DNA of 64,000 nt from Azolla caroliniana (GCA_043228905.1 JBHGNT010000008.1:15190001-15254000), one strand, 5' to 3'; positions 13,524-28,095 are shown, counted from the first letter of the stretch. Notes: a model not told the origin generated them from the letters alone. Program-made: numbers and translations.

Positions 13524-13999
13524 ATTTATCTCTTAGTAATATTGTACCATAGTATTTTATACACATGGATATAGTGTGAGGGTTAAACGAGAGTATAAAA
13601 AACAGAGGATTACTCTTAATCCTAGTAATTGAGCTAACCCATTAAGGCTAAGTGTGAACTTGCCTGAGGGCCTTAGGTCTGGATATAAATATGAGGCCTA
13701 GCTACCCTCATTTGACACATTAACAACTACATCAAGAGTCTGATCTAGTGGTGATCAACTCTTGTAGCAAGCGTGCCAGCACCAGGTATGACTCGATGTC
13801 ACGATGGTGGTATGGGACGCCGATCAAGGCTCGAGGCCGTCTTTATCCCTTTGCTCGAGGGTGGTCAGGTGGATCGACACCCTTCTTTCGCACTCCTCTC
13901 TCATTTTTCTATCTCTTATTTCTTTATCGTATACTTACATTAGGATTAAGCTCAAACAAAGCTTCTCTTTGAAACCAACGATAAACTCTTACGGTTGTT

Positions 14000-16900
14000 G
14001 GTCATAGGGGTTTGAAGGTCACGTGGGTGCGAGTACTTCTTGTTGATTTTACCATGGGTGTTGCACCATGCGACTATAGTATTCCGTTCTTTTGGGAACT
14101 TGATCACCATATGTGGACCTTGGAAATTGAAGCACTTAAGAGTTTAGGCATTTATTAACCTCTTTGTGTCCCATTGTGAGTCCTCATAGTTCACTTCTCA
14201 AAACATCGACCAGGATTTGGCCACCATCAAAATCAATGGAGTTATAGAGGACCCCTTCATTGGTTTCATAATCTTGGTATTGGATTTCGTAGTTTATATA
14301 TGGGGTTACACTCCCCCCAACCTGGGCTCGCTCGTCTCTATCATGTTTGAGCTCCGGTAGTCGAGTTCCAATTCAAGGGAATGGTGGTTCTTGTGGACCG
14401 ATAGTGGGTGGGATTGGATGGTTCGGTCTTGATGGTGAGCCGGGTAGTTCAATTGCCCGTGTTGTCTAAAGCTCTGTCTAAACCTTCGAGTGGGTGCTTT
14501 CCAACAATATGCTTGTGCATGCATCATGAAAGCCTTTTAGTATTTGCAATAGTGTATCTGTCTTTGATATAAGACTAGGCATTTGTATCCCGTATGATAT
14601 CCTTGACATACTGGAGAAGGAACGTTCTCCTTTGTAGCATAAGCTTGAGGCCATCCCACTCGAGGAAGTCTTGGTACCGGTTGTTGTGTGGTTTCGGGGA
14701 GATTCTCGCGTTTGTTGGTCAGGGCTTGGGTTGGCACTTGTAAGTCCGTCATGGAATCTTTGAATGTCATCAATATCGAGCATGCTTAGATGAATGATCA
14801 ACATGTTCATGCTATTGGGAATATGTCCCTCCAGTGGAACGAAGAACCGACTGATCGGAAAGCCGACAGTCGATGACAGGGAAGATCCGACTATTCGGAA
14901 AGCCGACAGTCGAAGAGTCGAAAACAGTGAGTCGAGCCGATAGTCGAAGAGTCGAAAACAATGAGTCGACTGTTTGAAGATTCGACTATTATTATTATAG
15001 TAATAGTAATAAGGATAATGTTAGGAAACAGGTCTCTTCGGATGGGGAGAGAGAGGAGCCGAGTTGATGAGGGACTCGACCGAGGCCAAAACCAGAAACG
15101 TGTATATAGCCAACTCGGGAGACTATAATTGTAAATAGTCTAAGTGTGCATAGGTTGTTGTGTACAGTGGTTGTAAAACGCAAGGTAGCGTGAGAGAGAG
15201 AAGGGAGAGCCGCACCATAGCTGTGTGTGTAACAAGAGACGCGAAGAGCCCTATGCGGCTGATACACTCGACAGAGTGTTGTAATCATCTCTATATTGTA
15301 TATCCACTATACTATAGTGAAGAATCTGTTCACCCGTGGTTTTTCCCTCTTTTAGGGTTTCCACGTAAATCTCTGTGCATTGTTGTGTGTCTTGTTTTTT
15401 TTCCGGAATTTTTGTGATTCGTATTTTAGTGCGTAGTTCGTTAATTGTGATCTATTCCCTATTCCGCATCGATTTCTCAACAAACTAGTATTAGAGCTTG
15501 AGGTACAAGCATGGAAGGAGGTGCTAGCGGTTTCCCAGGTATGATAGTTCTGAACTCACAGAACTATGCAGACTGGAAGATAAAGATGGAAGACCTTCTT
15601 ATAGTTAAAGACCTGTACGAGCCAATGGACAGAGCAGAAATACGCAGGGGGGTATTGGAGTCGGACTGGAAGCTTCTAAATAGGAAGGCGGTGGCCACAA
15701 TCCGACAGTGTGTCGATGTAAGTGTTCTTCAGCATGTGGTGAACGACACGAATGCCCACGAGATGTGGTAAAAGCTGTTGGGTCTGTACGAGAGGAAGAA
15801 CACGCTAAACAGAACCTCGCTAATGAGAAAGATCGTACGGCTGAAATACAAAGATGGTGCGAGCATCGTCGAACACATCAACACATTTATGGGGTATGTA
15901 AATCAACTTGCGGCGACCAAGTTCCCCCTGGATGATGCAATGCAGGCCATCCTGCTGATGTGCACACTGTTGGAAAGCTGGGAGAACCTGGCGGTTACTC
16001 TCAGCACCTCCTGTTAGAGAAGAGAACTTGTCTTTACAGACGGTGAAGACAAGCATCCTAAACGAGGAGGCAAGGAGGAAAGACAAAGGAGTCCTGTCCC
16101 AAACGGAGTTGAATCTGACTCAACATATGGACAGAGGACAGGACCAGCAGAGAAGAAGTCCGCAGCGAATGGACAAATCCCACGCCAGATCAAAGTCCAG
16201 AGGTAAGCCTCTGTGCTTCTATTGTGGAAAACCTAGACACTTCTAGAAGGACTGCCGACACATGAAGAAAGATAAGTCTGTCGGAAACAATGTCGAACCC
16301 CGGAAGATTCTAGATGAAAAGAACACTTTGGCCATGGCTACGAGCAATGAAGAACACCTGTTCATTTGTGAACAGACGAGTGCAAATCTTGCGAGTGAAG
16401 ATTGCACATGGGTGATCGACTCCGGCGCATCCTTCCATATTACTCCGTCGAGAGAGTATTTCTCGACTTACACAGCTGGGGATCATGGCTATGTAAAGAT
16501 GGGTGATAGTGGAGAGTGCAAGATAACCGGAGTCGGAAGTGTATGCTTAACGACATCGACAAGGTGTTGACTGACGTTGAAGGATGTTCGACACATCCCT
16601 GATGTCAGATTGAATCTGATATCAACTGGAAGGCTTGATGACGATGGCTACAATGGTAGCATTCGGAATGGCAAGTGGAAGTTCTGCAGAGGAAATCTCA
16701 TAGTGGCCCGAGCACAGAAAGAAGGCACATTGTACATGATGCATGCCCGACTGTGTAAATCGGAAGTAAACATGGCAGCCGACTCGACAAGGGAGATATG
16801 GCATAAGAGGCTAGGCCACATGAGTGAGAAGAGAATGCACCTGTTAGCAAACTAGAAACTTCTACCATATGTCAAGGGAGTGCACCTGGAGAAGTGTGTC

Positions 16901-19900
16901 GACTGCTTGGCCGAAAAGCAGAACAGGGCGACATTCCACATGAGACCACCGAGGAGAAGAGAAGCTGCACTGGAACTTGTGCACACGGATGTGTGCTATG
17001 TGGATGCTCCATCGCATCGAGGTGGATAGTACTTTGTAACGTTTAATGACAACTATAGTTGGAAGACATGGGCCTTCGTACTGAAGTCGAAGGATCAAGT
17101 ACTGTTGGTTTTCAATGAGTTCCAGGCAAGAACAGAAAGAGAGTCGGGTCGGAACTTAAGGTTGTCCGAACTGACAACGGTGGCGAATACAAAGGGCAAT
17201 TCGAAGAATCCTGCAAATGCCAAGGTATTCGAATTGAATACACAATACCAAAGACCCCATAGTTGAACGGGCTTGCACAAAGGATGAATCGAACAATCAT
17301 GGAGAGAGTAAGGAGCATGCTCTCTCATGTGAAACTGCCGAAATCCTTTTGGGCTGAGGTGTTGTACATAGCTGTTTATCTGATCAATAGGCCTCCCTTA
17401 GTGCCATTAAAGGCTGATGTCCCACAAAGGGTGTGGACAGGGAAGGATGTTTCCTACCAACACCTAAGGGTGTTTGGATTTTTGGCGTATATGCATGTAC
17501 CAAAGGATTAGAGGTCTAAGCTCGACAGCAAGTTGAAAGCATGGATATTTATGGGATACTCCGAAGATGAGTTTGGCTACAGGTTGTGGGACTTAGTCGA
17601 TAAGAAGGTAGTGAGAAGTCGAGATGTAGTCTTTCTTGAAGATAAGACAATTGAAGATTGGAAGCAACAGAAGTCGGAACCAACTCCCCAATCAACCTCG
17701 ACTACCATCAACTTAAGGCCAAGTTAGTCGTCACCGACAACTGTAAGGAGACAGCTGGCCGATAGAGCCGAATCCGAGTCGGTCGACTCGGAAAGATCGA
17801 CAGACTATGAGTCAGAAATGGTAGAGCTACTGAAGTCAATTGATGAATATGAGTTGGAGTTATCCAACCTGGAGAATCCCGAGCAAAGAGAAGAGTTGGT
17901 AGAGACATCCGGACTGGAGCCAACAACGAGTGGACGAAGATACCCACTAAGAGAAAGGAAGGCACCGATTACATATGCCAGTCAATACATCCTCTTGACT
18001 GATGACGGTGAACCGGAGTGCTATGAGGAAGCCATTGCCGACAAGAGAAGAGGAAAATGGCTGAACGCGATGCAAGAGGAGATGGAATCCTTGCACACGA
18101 ATTACACCAACGACCTAGTAGAGTTGCCGAAAGGTAAGAGAGCACTCAGGAGTAAATGGGTCTACAAGGTGAAGACTGGAGAAGTCGATAGCGAGCCCAG
18201 GTATAAAGCCCGCAGTGTGGTGAACTGTTTCCAACAGAAGAAGGGTGTCGACTTCAAAGAAATATTCGCACTAGTCGTGAAGATGACATCCATACGAACT
18301 GTTCTGAGCATAATGGCCAACATGGATCTGGAGATCGAACAGTTGGATGTCAAAACCACATTTCTGCACGGGGAGTTAGACGAAGAGATCTACATGCATC
18401 AACCTGAAGGCTTTGAGGAGAAAGGGAAAGAGAATTTGGCGACTAAGGAAAAGCTTGTATAGACTGAAACAAGCTCCACGACAATGGTAAAAGACATTCG
18501 AGTCCTTCATGATGGAAGACCGGTTCCAGAAAACATAGGCTGATCATTGTGTGTTCGTAAAAAGGTACAAGGAAGGAGATTTCTTGATTCTCTTGCTGTA
18601 TGTTGATGATATGTTGATAGTCGGCCAAGATGCAAGGAAGATTGGAAGCTTGAAGAAAGCTCTCGGCAAATCATTTGCCATGAAAGACCTTGGACCGGAA
18701 AAGCAAATCCTAGGCACATAACCCGAGACAGAGTTCAGAAGATGTTATGGCTATCACAGCAGAAGTATGTGACGAAGATCCTAGAGAGGTTCAACATGTC
18801 GAACACAAAGTCGGTCGGCTCCGTGTTGCCGACAAATTGCAGATTGAATGTGAAGCAATGTCTGAAAGGACAGAAGGAGAAGGCTAAGATGAGGAAGGTA
18901 CCATATACCTCTACCATCGGTAGTGTAATGTATGTTATGGTCTGTACGAGACCGTACATAACATTTGTTGTGGGAGCAGTAAGCCAATATATGAGTAATC
19001 CAGGGAGAGAACACTAGGTAGTGATGAAGTGGATACTCAGGTACTTGAAAGGCACCTCGGAGGTGTGCCTAAGGCATGGTGTCAAAAAACCTATGCTGGA
19101 AGGTTTTACCGATTCGGACATGTCAGGAGATGTCGACTCGAGCCGATCCACGTCAGGGTACCTGATGACCTATGCAGGGGGAGCAGTGTCGTGGCAGTCA
19201 TGACTGCAGAAGTCTGTAGCCTTGTCGACTACAGAGGCAGAATATATGGCAGCGGTAGAAGCCGGAAAAGAGTTGATTTGGATGAGAAATTTTCTCACCG
19301 AACTAGGCATGGAGAAAAAGGAGTTCTTGCTTCACTATGACAGTCAAAGCGCCATACACCTAGCTAGGAATGCGGCGTACCACTCCCAGACCAAGCACAT
19401 ACAGAGGAGGTATCACTAGTTGCGGGAGAGAGTCGAAGAAGGAGAGTTATCCCTTGTGAAGATACATACCGACGACAATGGATCCGGCATGCTGACGAAG
19501 AACCTACCTTTGGACAGACTCAGAGTCTGTTTACAAATTACAAGACTGACATATTTCCTCCCACAAGAGTGAAGGGGGAGTTTGTTGGGAATATGTCCCT
19601 CTAGTGGGAGGAAGAACCGACTAATCGGAAAGCCAGTTGTCGATGAAATGGAAGATCCGATTGTTCGGAAAGCCGACAATCGAAGAGTCGAAAACAATGA
19701 GTCGACTATTTGAAGATTCGACTATTATTATAGTAATAATAATGATGATGATGTTAGGAAACAGGTCTCTCTGGATGGGGAGAGAGAGGAGCTAAGTTGA
19801 TGAGGGACGATAGCCTCGGCCGAAACTAGAAACGTGTATATAGCCAACTTGGGAGACTATAATTGTAAATAGTCTAAGTGTGCATAGGTTGAAAAAACGC

Positions 19901-20600
19901 AAGGTAGCATGAGAGAGAAGGGAGAGCTACGCCATAGTTGTGTGTGTAACAGCAGATGCAAAGAGCCCTGTGCGGTTGATACACTTGACAGAGTGTTGTA
20001 ATCATCTCTGTATTGTATATCCACTATACTATAGTGAAGAATCTGTTCACCCGTAGTTTTTTCCCGTTTTAGGGTTTCCACGTAAATCTCTGTGCATTGT
20101 TGTGTGTCTTGTTTTTTTTCTAGCATTTCTGTGATTCGTATTTTATCACGTAGTTTGTTTATTGTGATCTATTCCGCATCGATTTCTCAACACATGCTTA
20201 TGTTGTACCTAATGACATGATATAGAAGATCTCCCCACCGTCACTGCTTTCTTGCCCAAAACCATCCCTCTGTAGTTCCTCAACTGAATGGTTGTACTAC
20301 ACATAACAATCATCCCCCAACATGGACATCTCTGTTCTCAATTGGCTCACGTATCAATGGAATGACCATGTTGGCCAATGAGGAGGGCGCAACTAAAAAA
20401 CTCCTTCATAGCTGTACAAATACTCCACACCATTTTTGAAAGTGAAGAAGGTTCAACACCACTTCTAGAGTTTAAGTGGTTAGTGTGATCATGATAAACA
20501 ATGTGGACTATATCATTAGGTTTATTGGGGATGTTCAAGGGGTGTTTTTGTAGACATAAACTGGCACAACGAGCTCCAAGGCACAAGATGACATTGTGAA
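14000..20600 (-). pseudogene. Very decayed gypsy integrase/chromodomain end with PPT and LTR start, interrupted by copia-2
   Basis: Minus strand GGGGGGAG-TGTAACCCC at 14318-14302 (PPT followed by LTR start). Integrase-like remnants at 14320-14812 and 20198-20600. Confidence 0.45.
14813..20192 (+). mobile_element. Full-length decayed Ty1/copia element (Tnt1/Tork-like); copia-2
   Basis: LTRs 14813-15482 and 19583-20192, TSD CATGC, degenerate Met PBS 15486-15497, PPT GAAGGGGGAG 19571-19580. Gag from 15511, CFYCGKPRH knuckle, WVIDSGAS protease, integrase, RT (QLDVKTTFLHG, YVDDM) and RNase H (STTEAEY), with many stops. Confidence 0.96.
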
Positions 20601-22579
20601 GGAGGAGGTTGCAGAGAATATGAACAAAGTAGAATATTTCTAGAAAAGATAGGTGGCACCTTATCCGGGTGTGCCATTATAACTAAAGATCTGGAACTTT
20701 GGAATGTTTTAAAATAAGGTGATGTACGAGATCAAAAGTGAAGTAAGGGTCTCTTATATGACAACATATGAAGAGAAGTCACTTGACCAAGGCTACAATG
20801 AGCCTCATTGCATATATATATGGGTTGGTACTTGTATAAAAAATCAATTGCATCTTAACCTTAAGCCCTTAAATCAAATGTGTATTTTTTATAATAGGCT
20901 TTCATTTTAATATATGAAAATCTGTTGTAAATTTTCTCCATGTGATTTGGAATCGGACAAGCCTCAAAAATCCAAGCTATGAGTGAAAATCTATAATAGT
21001 AAATTGTTTGAATATTGCGGCAATTAACTTTTGATTGTATATGATGATGAGAGAAAGAAAAAAGATAGAGAAGAGAAGAGGAAGAGAAAAGAATACTTCA
21101 ATGTACTATTAGGAAAACAATAAAATCCTCTTAGACTCCAAAAGTAACCCCAAATACCTACTTCAATATACTATTAGCCAAAATAGTCTTTCCTTCTTCT
21201 CTTTCTTCAACTAATCTTCTTCTCACTTCTTCAAATCGTCTTCTTCTTTCTCACTTCTTCTTCCTCACTTCTTCTTGTAGATCTTCTATCCCTCCTTGTA
21301 GATATTCTACTCTTCCTCCTCCCTTTTGCTAAGAATACCCTCATATTTATAGGTTTTTAGTTGCGTTATTCTTGCTTTTTTCTTTTCTTTTCTTTTACAT
21401 ATCCTCGAGTTTGTGTGATTCGTTTTTCATATCATTATTTCTGGTTTTTCATTTAAATTTATCATACAAGAAAGCTCTCTTTGTCAGCTTCCTTACAAAT
21501 CTTTTCTTTTGAAATTTGGACATGAGATGAAGAATTTATGAGCTTTTCTCTCTACCTTGCTTTCTCAGCCTTTGTATGTGGTTTTTCCTTTTTTCTATTT
21601 TCTTGCTTTTTCTACTTTTGGGAAACGCCTCTAATTTCATATCCCTTCAATCTCATTCGTCTTTTAACTCTTGAACCTTTCATGTTGTGCTTTATTCTTA
21701 TACACCTTAGCATCTAATGTATCTGCCATGGTCTTTTCGTACGAGCAAAAATTGACTTCACAGTATACATTTGAGTGATCGACATACCATCTTTTAGCAA
21801 TACATGCAAGAAACAAGCCAAAAGCTTTGCTTTGCAAATTAGAGTCATAGAGATGAAAATTAGACGAAGCGACAGAATTCAAACTTGTGATACCACATTT
21901 CCATAAATCTAGTGCTCAATCAACCAAGCAACATCCATGTCTACGAAGATTCAAGAGAACATTGAATAAAAATACTCAAAGACCTCTGGGTAAATACATT
22001 CCACAAAGGATTGCTTGAAGGTTCACTTCCAAGTGCTTGCTTTTACCCAGTTTTCCACGAAAGCCCGTTCATGGAGACTTCCAAATGAACAAAGAAGGGA
22101 GAGGATGAGGAAGCAAACAAACATTCATTTGTTGCTTGACAAGCAGTAGCATAGAGAAATGAGAAAATGGAGCAACCACATGGTTGCTTGATGTAGTAGA
22201 AATTTTTGTTGTTGCTACTTGGCATTGTCTAACCTCAACACCTATCCTATGCTCGACAATGCGAGAGTAGGTTTCATATCATTTGCCTCTATTGCTACCT
22301 TTCCCACCTCAATCACATTCAACCTTTTCCGCCTTCTCACATATACCCATACACACACTCCCCCTTGCACCTTCTTACTGAATATACCCCTTACTTCCAA
22401 CAACTATTAAACCTACAATACACACACTCATATTCCTTCATAATCAATCACATTCAAATATACACATATCCTTATATTCCCACACATTCAATCACAATAA
22501 AAAATGTACATACATACTTACATTCACATACATACTAGCGCACACACACATTTACACTCAAACATATGTTATACTAAAA

Positions 22580-22830
22580 AAACACAATTCTATACTTACA
22601 TGGACACATCACATACAAATAAACTTATATGATCATTCACGAAGTTGCACATATATCGCAAGAACTTAATTCACATAGAATTGCACACCTATATATACAT
22701 ATATAAACACAATTCTAGACTTACATGGACGCATCACATACAAGTAAACTTATATGATCATTCACGAACTTGCACATATATCTCAAGCACTTAATTCACA
22801 TAGAAATGCACACCTATATATACATATATA
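22580..22830. repeat. Two-copy ~125-bp direct tandem duplication
   Basis: AAACACAATTCTA...CACCTATATATACATATAT occurs at ~22580 and ~22705. Confidence 0.85.
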
Positions 22831-24063
22831 TTCATATTTACATATTTTTTGTTGATCAAAATACAACTATACAATATTACAAAGGATACAATAAACATTT
22901 ATACCTATAGGCTATAACTATATACATGATCACACATTTGTACTCCTACAACTGGATACATACATTAGCTCATAAATACTCTACTTACCTATAGAAATAG
23001 AAACACAAAAGTTACAATAAATGAGTGAGCATTCAAACAAATATCTTGAAGGGCTACCATTCACTTGGAAGTTACATTTGAGAAAAAAGGAAAATTTTAA
23101 CTGCTTTGAGACATATTAAATGAGAAGTTCATCACCCACAATTCTACATCAAGGATTACATCGTTTGGTCCAAGTGCTCGGTGATCCCACTTAGTCTTCA
23201 CATGCACACCCATTAATTTTCCACAATATCATTGTCAAATCCCATTTATGTCAATTGAGAACTAAGCAATTGAGAACTAAAGATACTAATCCCAAACCTT
23301 GTGTCTAATATAATGGGTATGGGTTTTACCTTCACCATCATTGGAACAATAAATCTATTTTCATTATGCTCAAATTGGGCTAGTATGACATTCACTTATT
23401 ATGTTTATTTTATTTAGGTTTCTTCTATGACTTTCTGTTCTTGTGGTGCCATCTTGTATAATTTTTCAAGCTTGATTAACTACGCATACCCCCAATTTTG
23501 TGCCACAACCATTAGTAACTTCTTGTTAATTCTCTTCTTCTTTTTCAAGGAAACATGTATGAGGTTATCTCAATCATACCTTTCTAGAAAATTTAGTCAT
23601 ACTTTTAGTGTTACTTCCAAGAGATTATGAATAATAGCAGAAATGCCCAAGTTTCCAATGTTTGACAAGTAGTTAGCACCTGTATATAGTCATGAATGTG
23701 AAAAATGTTGTGTCAAGCTTCCTTGCTAGACATTTCCTAACCCTCTCTCCTTTAACATTGTTCTTAAAGATGTTTTGGATATATGCCAAGTGATGCACCT
23801 CATTTTTATGAGAGACTTCCTAAATTGACACACTTAATGGATTTTTTTCCACTTTAAATTATAAGTTAAAACTTTAAGTAACTGCATGGCTTCACCAAAT
23901 GTAAAATTTAATTAATCATAAAAAATATTCTTCTTAAAATGGAATGCATAATAAAGGCAACAATTAAGTATTTACTCAACATCGAGTTATTTGCGTGGGA
24001 GTTTCGAATTTCTAAATTCACGTTTTGGATTTAGGTATTTTATATAGTTAGGATTCTAAGTTC

Positions 24064-25581
24064 CTACAACTTATATAGCTCAATGACACTAAATTCATTT
24101 ATCTTGGATTTTACTTCAAGACGAGCAAAACCAACACTTTTAGCAAGATTCTCAACCTCTTCTTGGGTTCGTTCTCTACCTCCAATGGTTTGGGTAAACA
24201 TATAAAGATCCAAATGGTAACCAACACGAGCTCTCAAGTCCCGTTCGATACCCATCGGCAATATTGCATCAATTATAATGACTTTTCCATTATTCAATAA
24301 TGCCTTGTAGCAATTCTCTAATATCTTCATGCAATGTTCGTCGCTCCAATCGTGCAAAACCGTCTATGCAATGTTAAATCTTGTTAGTTTTGTGCAAAGT
24401 CATTTAGACATAAAAGAATAATAAACTTATATGAATTTATTGGTACCAATAAATTTGTTAAATTTTAGATTGTCAGTGCATATATAGTTGAGCTAAGCGC
24501 AAATAATGACATTCTAATTGTATATTTTATTCAAAATATATTGTTGGATGCATTCTCATTATTTGGGTTTTGTTAACAATGCATGAGACTATACATATTA
24601 ATTAATACGGAAGGGATTTGAACCTTCATGAAAATTGCATCAGCTTGAGGTATTTCAATAAACATGTCACCTCCCACATGCTCGATTCCTTATATCAAAA
24701 AATAGTAAAATGAAATATATCAAAATTACTTATTTTTTAGTCTTCACGAACATTTCAAATTCATTATGTATATCAAACAATAGATGTGCTTGCCATAATT
24801 GCATACCTGAATAATTTGGGGCTAGAGAAATGACATGTGGTTGGTCAAAGTTTATACCACGAATGTGGGGAAAGCGAGAGATGATCAAATGAAGTGATGA
24901 TCCATGGCCACCACCAACATCAACGAGTATATTTATATCATCGAAACACGTGGGATAAGAGTCGAGGAGGTCACGAATGGGGATAGTGCTACCATTGGCC
25001 ATAGCAGTGTTGAAGATGGAACCAAAGTGTGGATCATGTTGGCCATATTCAAAAACATCTAGACCATCGTGGGCCTTGGCGAAGGGTTGGCCACCATCAA
25101 GAACAGCCTCATGTAAGACATGCCAAGATTTAATAGTAACAGGGTCTACACAGAGTCGCAGTAGTGGTGCCAAAGAGGATCCATTCTAGACAAAATATTG
25201 GCTAACTAAGTTAAGACCATATCTTCTTGTTGGGTGCTTAGTGAAGGGATCAAGACCAATGTCCGCATGAACAACACCATGACTAGTCACCACTCTCAAA
25301 AGTCTATCTAATGCTACGGAAACTCTTATATTGGCATCTGGTACGACACTACTACTCATTCGTGACACTATTTCTTCGACTGAATATAACCCTCGTTCCA
25401 TACCCTCCTCCTTTTCTATATCTGCATTTGCCATGACATCAAAGACTTTCAATTTTATGAGTGTGTTAATGGCCATGGGCAAACAACACAATAAGCTCAA
25501 TTCTACTCCCCTCAACCATGCTTCATTTTCCACTTCCTCACCCATCACCCCAAGCATCGACTCATTAACAATGTCACCCAT
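24064..25581 (-). pseudogene. Class II plant O-methyltransferase (COMT-like), three exons, single in-frame TAG at codon 132
   Basis: Exons 25581-24807, 24688-24624 and 24363-24064, joined by GT-AG introns into 1140 nt. Motifs LVDVGGGHG, GINFDQPHVI, EHVGGDMF, DAIFMK, catalytic-His LHDW and GGRERT. Stop at 25188-25186 with the frame continuing beyond it. Confidence 0.92.
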
Positions 25582-25586
25582 CCTCA

Positions 25587-25621
<35 letters not shown>

Positions 25622-25927
25622 CCTCTCTAGATCTGTCTATCCCTCTCTGTTCTAGGTGACTTTCTTATATAGCCTCATCATAGGGTATTTGTCTTGTCAT
25701 ATGATATAGACTTTCATATATAATCACAAGAAACAAGATTGAGAAGAAAACCAGAAAAGTAAAACTGAGCACGCTACTACCAAACAATCAATTTCTATGT
25801 CAAGTAGGCCCAAATGAATGTAATGCTTTTGTCTTTCCTTTTTTAAATGCTAAACGACCAATTTCTATCTGAATTCCTATGCAACGTAACATGTCACACA
25901 ATAGATTCACTGCACAGAAGATAAATG

Positions 25928-26718
25928 AAACACACATTAGCGTGCACATTTCTACCAAAAGAGAGAGCCAGTAATCTGCTGCAGAAGACATAGTATCAAC
26001 CAAAGCGCCTCAAAATTGTGGCTCTTAAGAGTGTCAAAACGGAGCACAGACCAACGCGAGGTTGAGAAGGAAAACCACAAACTCATACATGATTACTTAA
26101 ATTTGGAATATATTTCTTCGATGACAGGCAGAAAATTTGGAATATATTTTCTCGATCGTAGGATTATACAATGTGTGTGTATATGTGTGTTTCGTTGACA
26201 AGCGTCGGAAAAATGTAGGGAGTTTGCATCAAGAACAACCTCATGTAAGACATGCCAAGATTTAATAGTAACAGGGTCTACAGAGAGTCGAAGTAGTGGT
26301 GCCAAAGAGGATCCATTGTGAACAAAATATTGGCTAACTAAATTAAGACCATACCTTCTCGTTGGGTGCTTAGTGAAGGGATCATGACCAATGTCCGCAT
26401 GAACAACACCATGACTAGCCACCACTCTCAAAAGTCTATCTAATGATACGGAAACTCTTATATTGGCATCTGGTACGACACTACTACTCATTCGTGACAC
26501 TATTTCTTCGACTGAATATAACCCTCATTCCATACCCTCCTCCTTTTCTATATCTGCATTTGCCATCACATCAAAGATGTTCAATTTTATGAGTGTGTTA
26601 ATTGCCATGGGCAAACAACACAATAAGCTCAATTCTACTCCCCTCAACCATGCTTCATTTTCCACTCCCTCACCCATCACCCCAAGCATCGACTCATTAA
26701 CAATGTCACCCATCCTCA

Positions 26719-26751
<33 letters not shown>

Positions 26752-28042
26752 GGTCTGTCTATCCCTCTCTATTCTAGGTGACTTTCTTATATAGCCTCAT
26801 CATAGGGTAGTTGTCTTGTCATATGATATAGACTTTCATATATAATCACAAGAAACAAGATTGAGAAGAAAACCAGAAAAGGAAAACTGAGCATGCTACT
26901 GCCAAACAATCAATTTTTATGTCAAGTAGGCCCAAATGAATGTAATGCTTTTGTCTTTCCTTTTTTAAATGCTAAACGACCAATTTCTATCTGAATTCCT
27001 ATGCAACGTAACATGTCACACAAGAGATTCACTGCACAGAAGATCAATGAAACACACATTAGCGTGCACATTTCTACCAAAAGAGAGAGCCAGTAATCTA
27101 CTGCAGAAGACATAGTATCAACCAAAGCGCCTCAAAATGTGTGTGTATGTGTGTTTCGTTGACAAGAGTCGGAAAAATGTAGGGAGTTTGCATCCTACTG
27201 TGCAAAAGAGGAAAGTGTACATAAAGAGAGTCTAGATGGATGTAGCTTAATTGCTAAGGTTGCACAATGGAGACCTGAGGGTTATGGGTTCAACCCTTAC
27301 AATCTAGAGTGGCATCTACTAAATTAAGACTGAAGTGATATCTATGGAGTAATAGAGAGGTAAGCAAATTGGCTTTCGAATCTAAGACTTCGTGTACATT
27401 AATAGTGGAGTGCACCAAAAAACAACAAGGGGGGAGGAGGACATAATGGGTTTGCCATTTGGATTGGTTCGAAGACAAGTTTTTTTTTGTTTTGTTTTGG
27501 GAGGGTTTTGCCATAAGTTTTGGTTTGCTTTGGTTTGCTTGGAGTTTGGTAAGTCGTCAAAGATTTAGAAAGCAAACAAAAATTACCGAAAAAGTGAAGA
27601 GAGAGGGAGAGAGAGAGAGAGAGAGACATGTTCCAAAGATCATACAGATTGGGATGTAAATCTAGCAGATCGGGTTTCGAACTGAAGACATAGTGCACAC
27701 TAATAGTGGAGGGCAACAAAAAATAACAAGGGGGGGAGGAGGACATAATGTGTTTGCCATTTGGATTGGTTCGAAGCGAAGCTTTTTTTTTGTTTTGTTT
27801 TGGGGGGGTTTTGCCATGAGTCTTGATTTGATTTGCTTTGCTTGGAGTTTGGTAAGACGTCAAAGATTTAGAAAGCAAACAACAATTACCGAAAAAGTGG
27901 AGAGCGAGGGAGGGAGAGAGAGAGAAACATGTTCCAAAGATCATACAACTTGGGATGTATGTGCATGTGTCTTATCTCTCTAGAAAGCACGAGGTCCCCA
28001 AAACTGTTGCTTTCTATACACACACACCCACACACCACACAT

Positions 28043-28095
<53 letters not shown>

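Larger units (their letters stand above)
9518..13958 (+). mobile_element. Gypsy solo LTR (same family as the LTR at 6163-6617), split by a nested copia element
   Basis: TG start at 9518, CA end at 13958, TSD AAGCT (9513-9517 and 13959-13963). Segment 13530-13950 matches the reverse complement of 6170-6590. Confidence 0.85.

Noticed and set aside
20600-22250. Possible decayed DNA transposon (MULE/hAT-like) remnants
   Set aside because: No TIR/TSD pair or convincing catalytic motif could be identified by eye.
24612-24625. B-box-like GGTTCAAATCC in the OMT gene
   Set aside because: It coincides with the exon-2 splice donor (AAG/GTTCAAAT) and no A box is evident.
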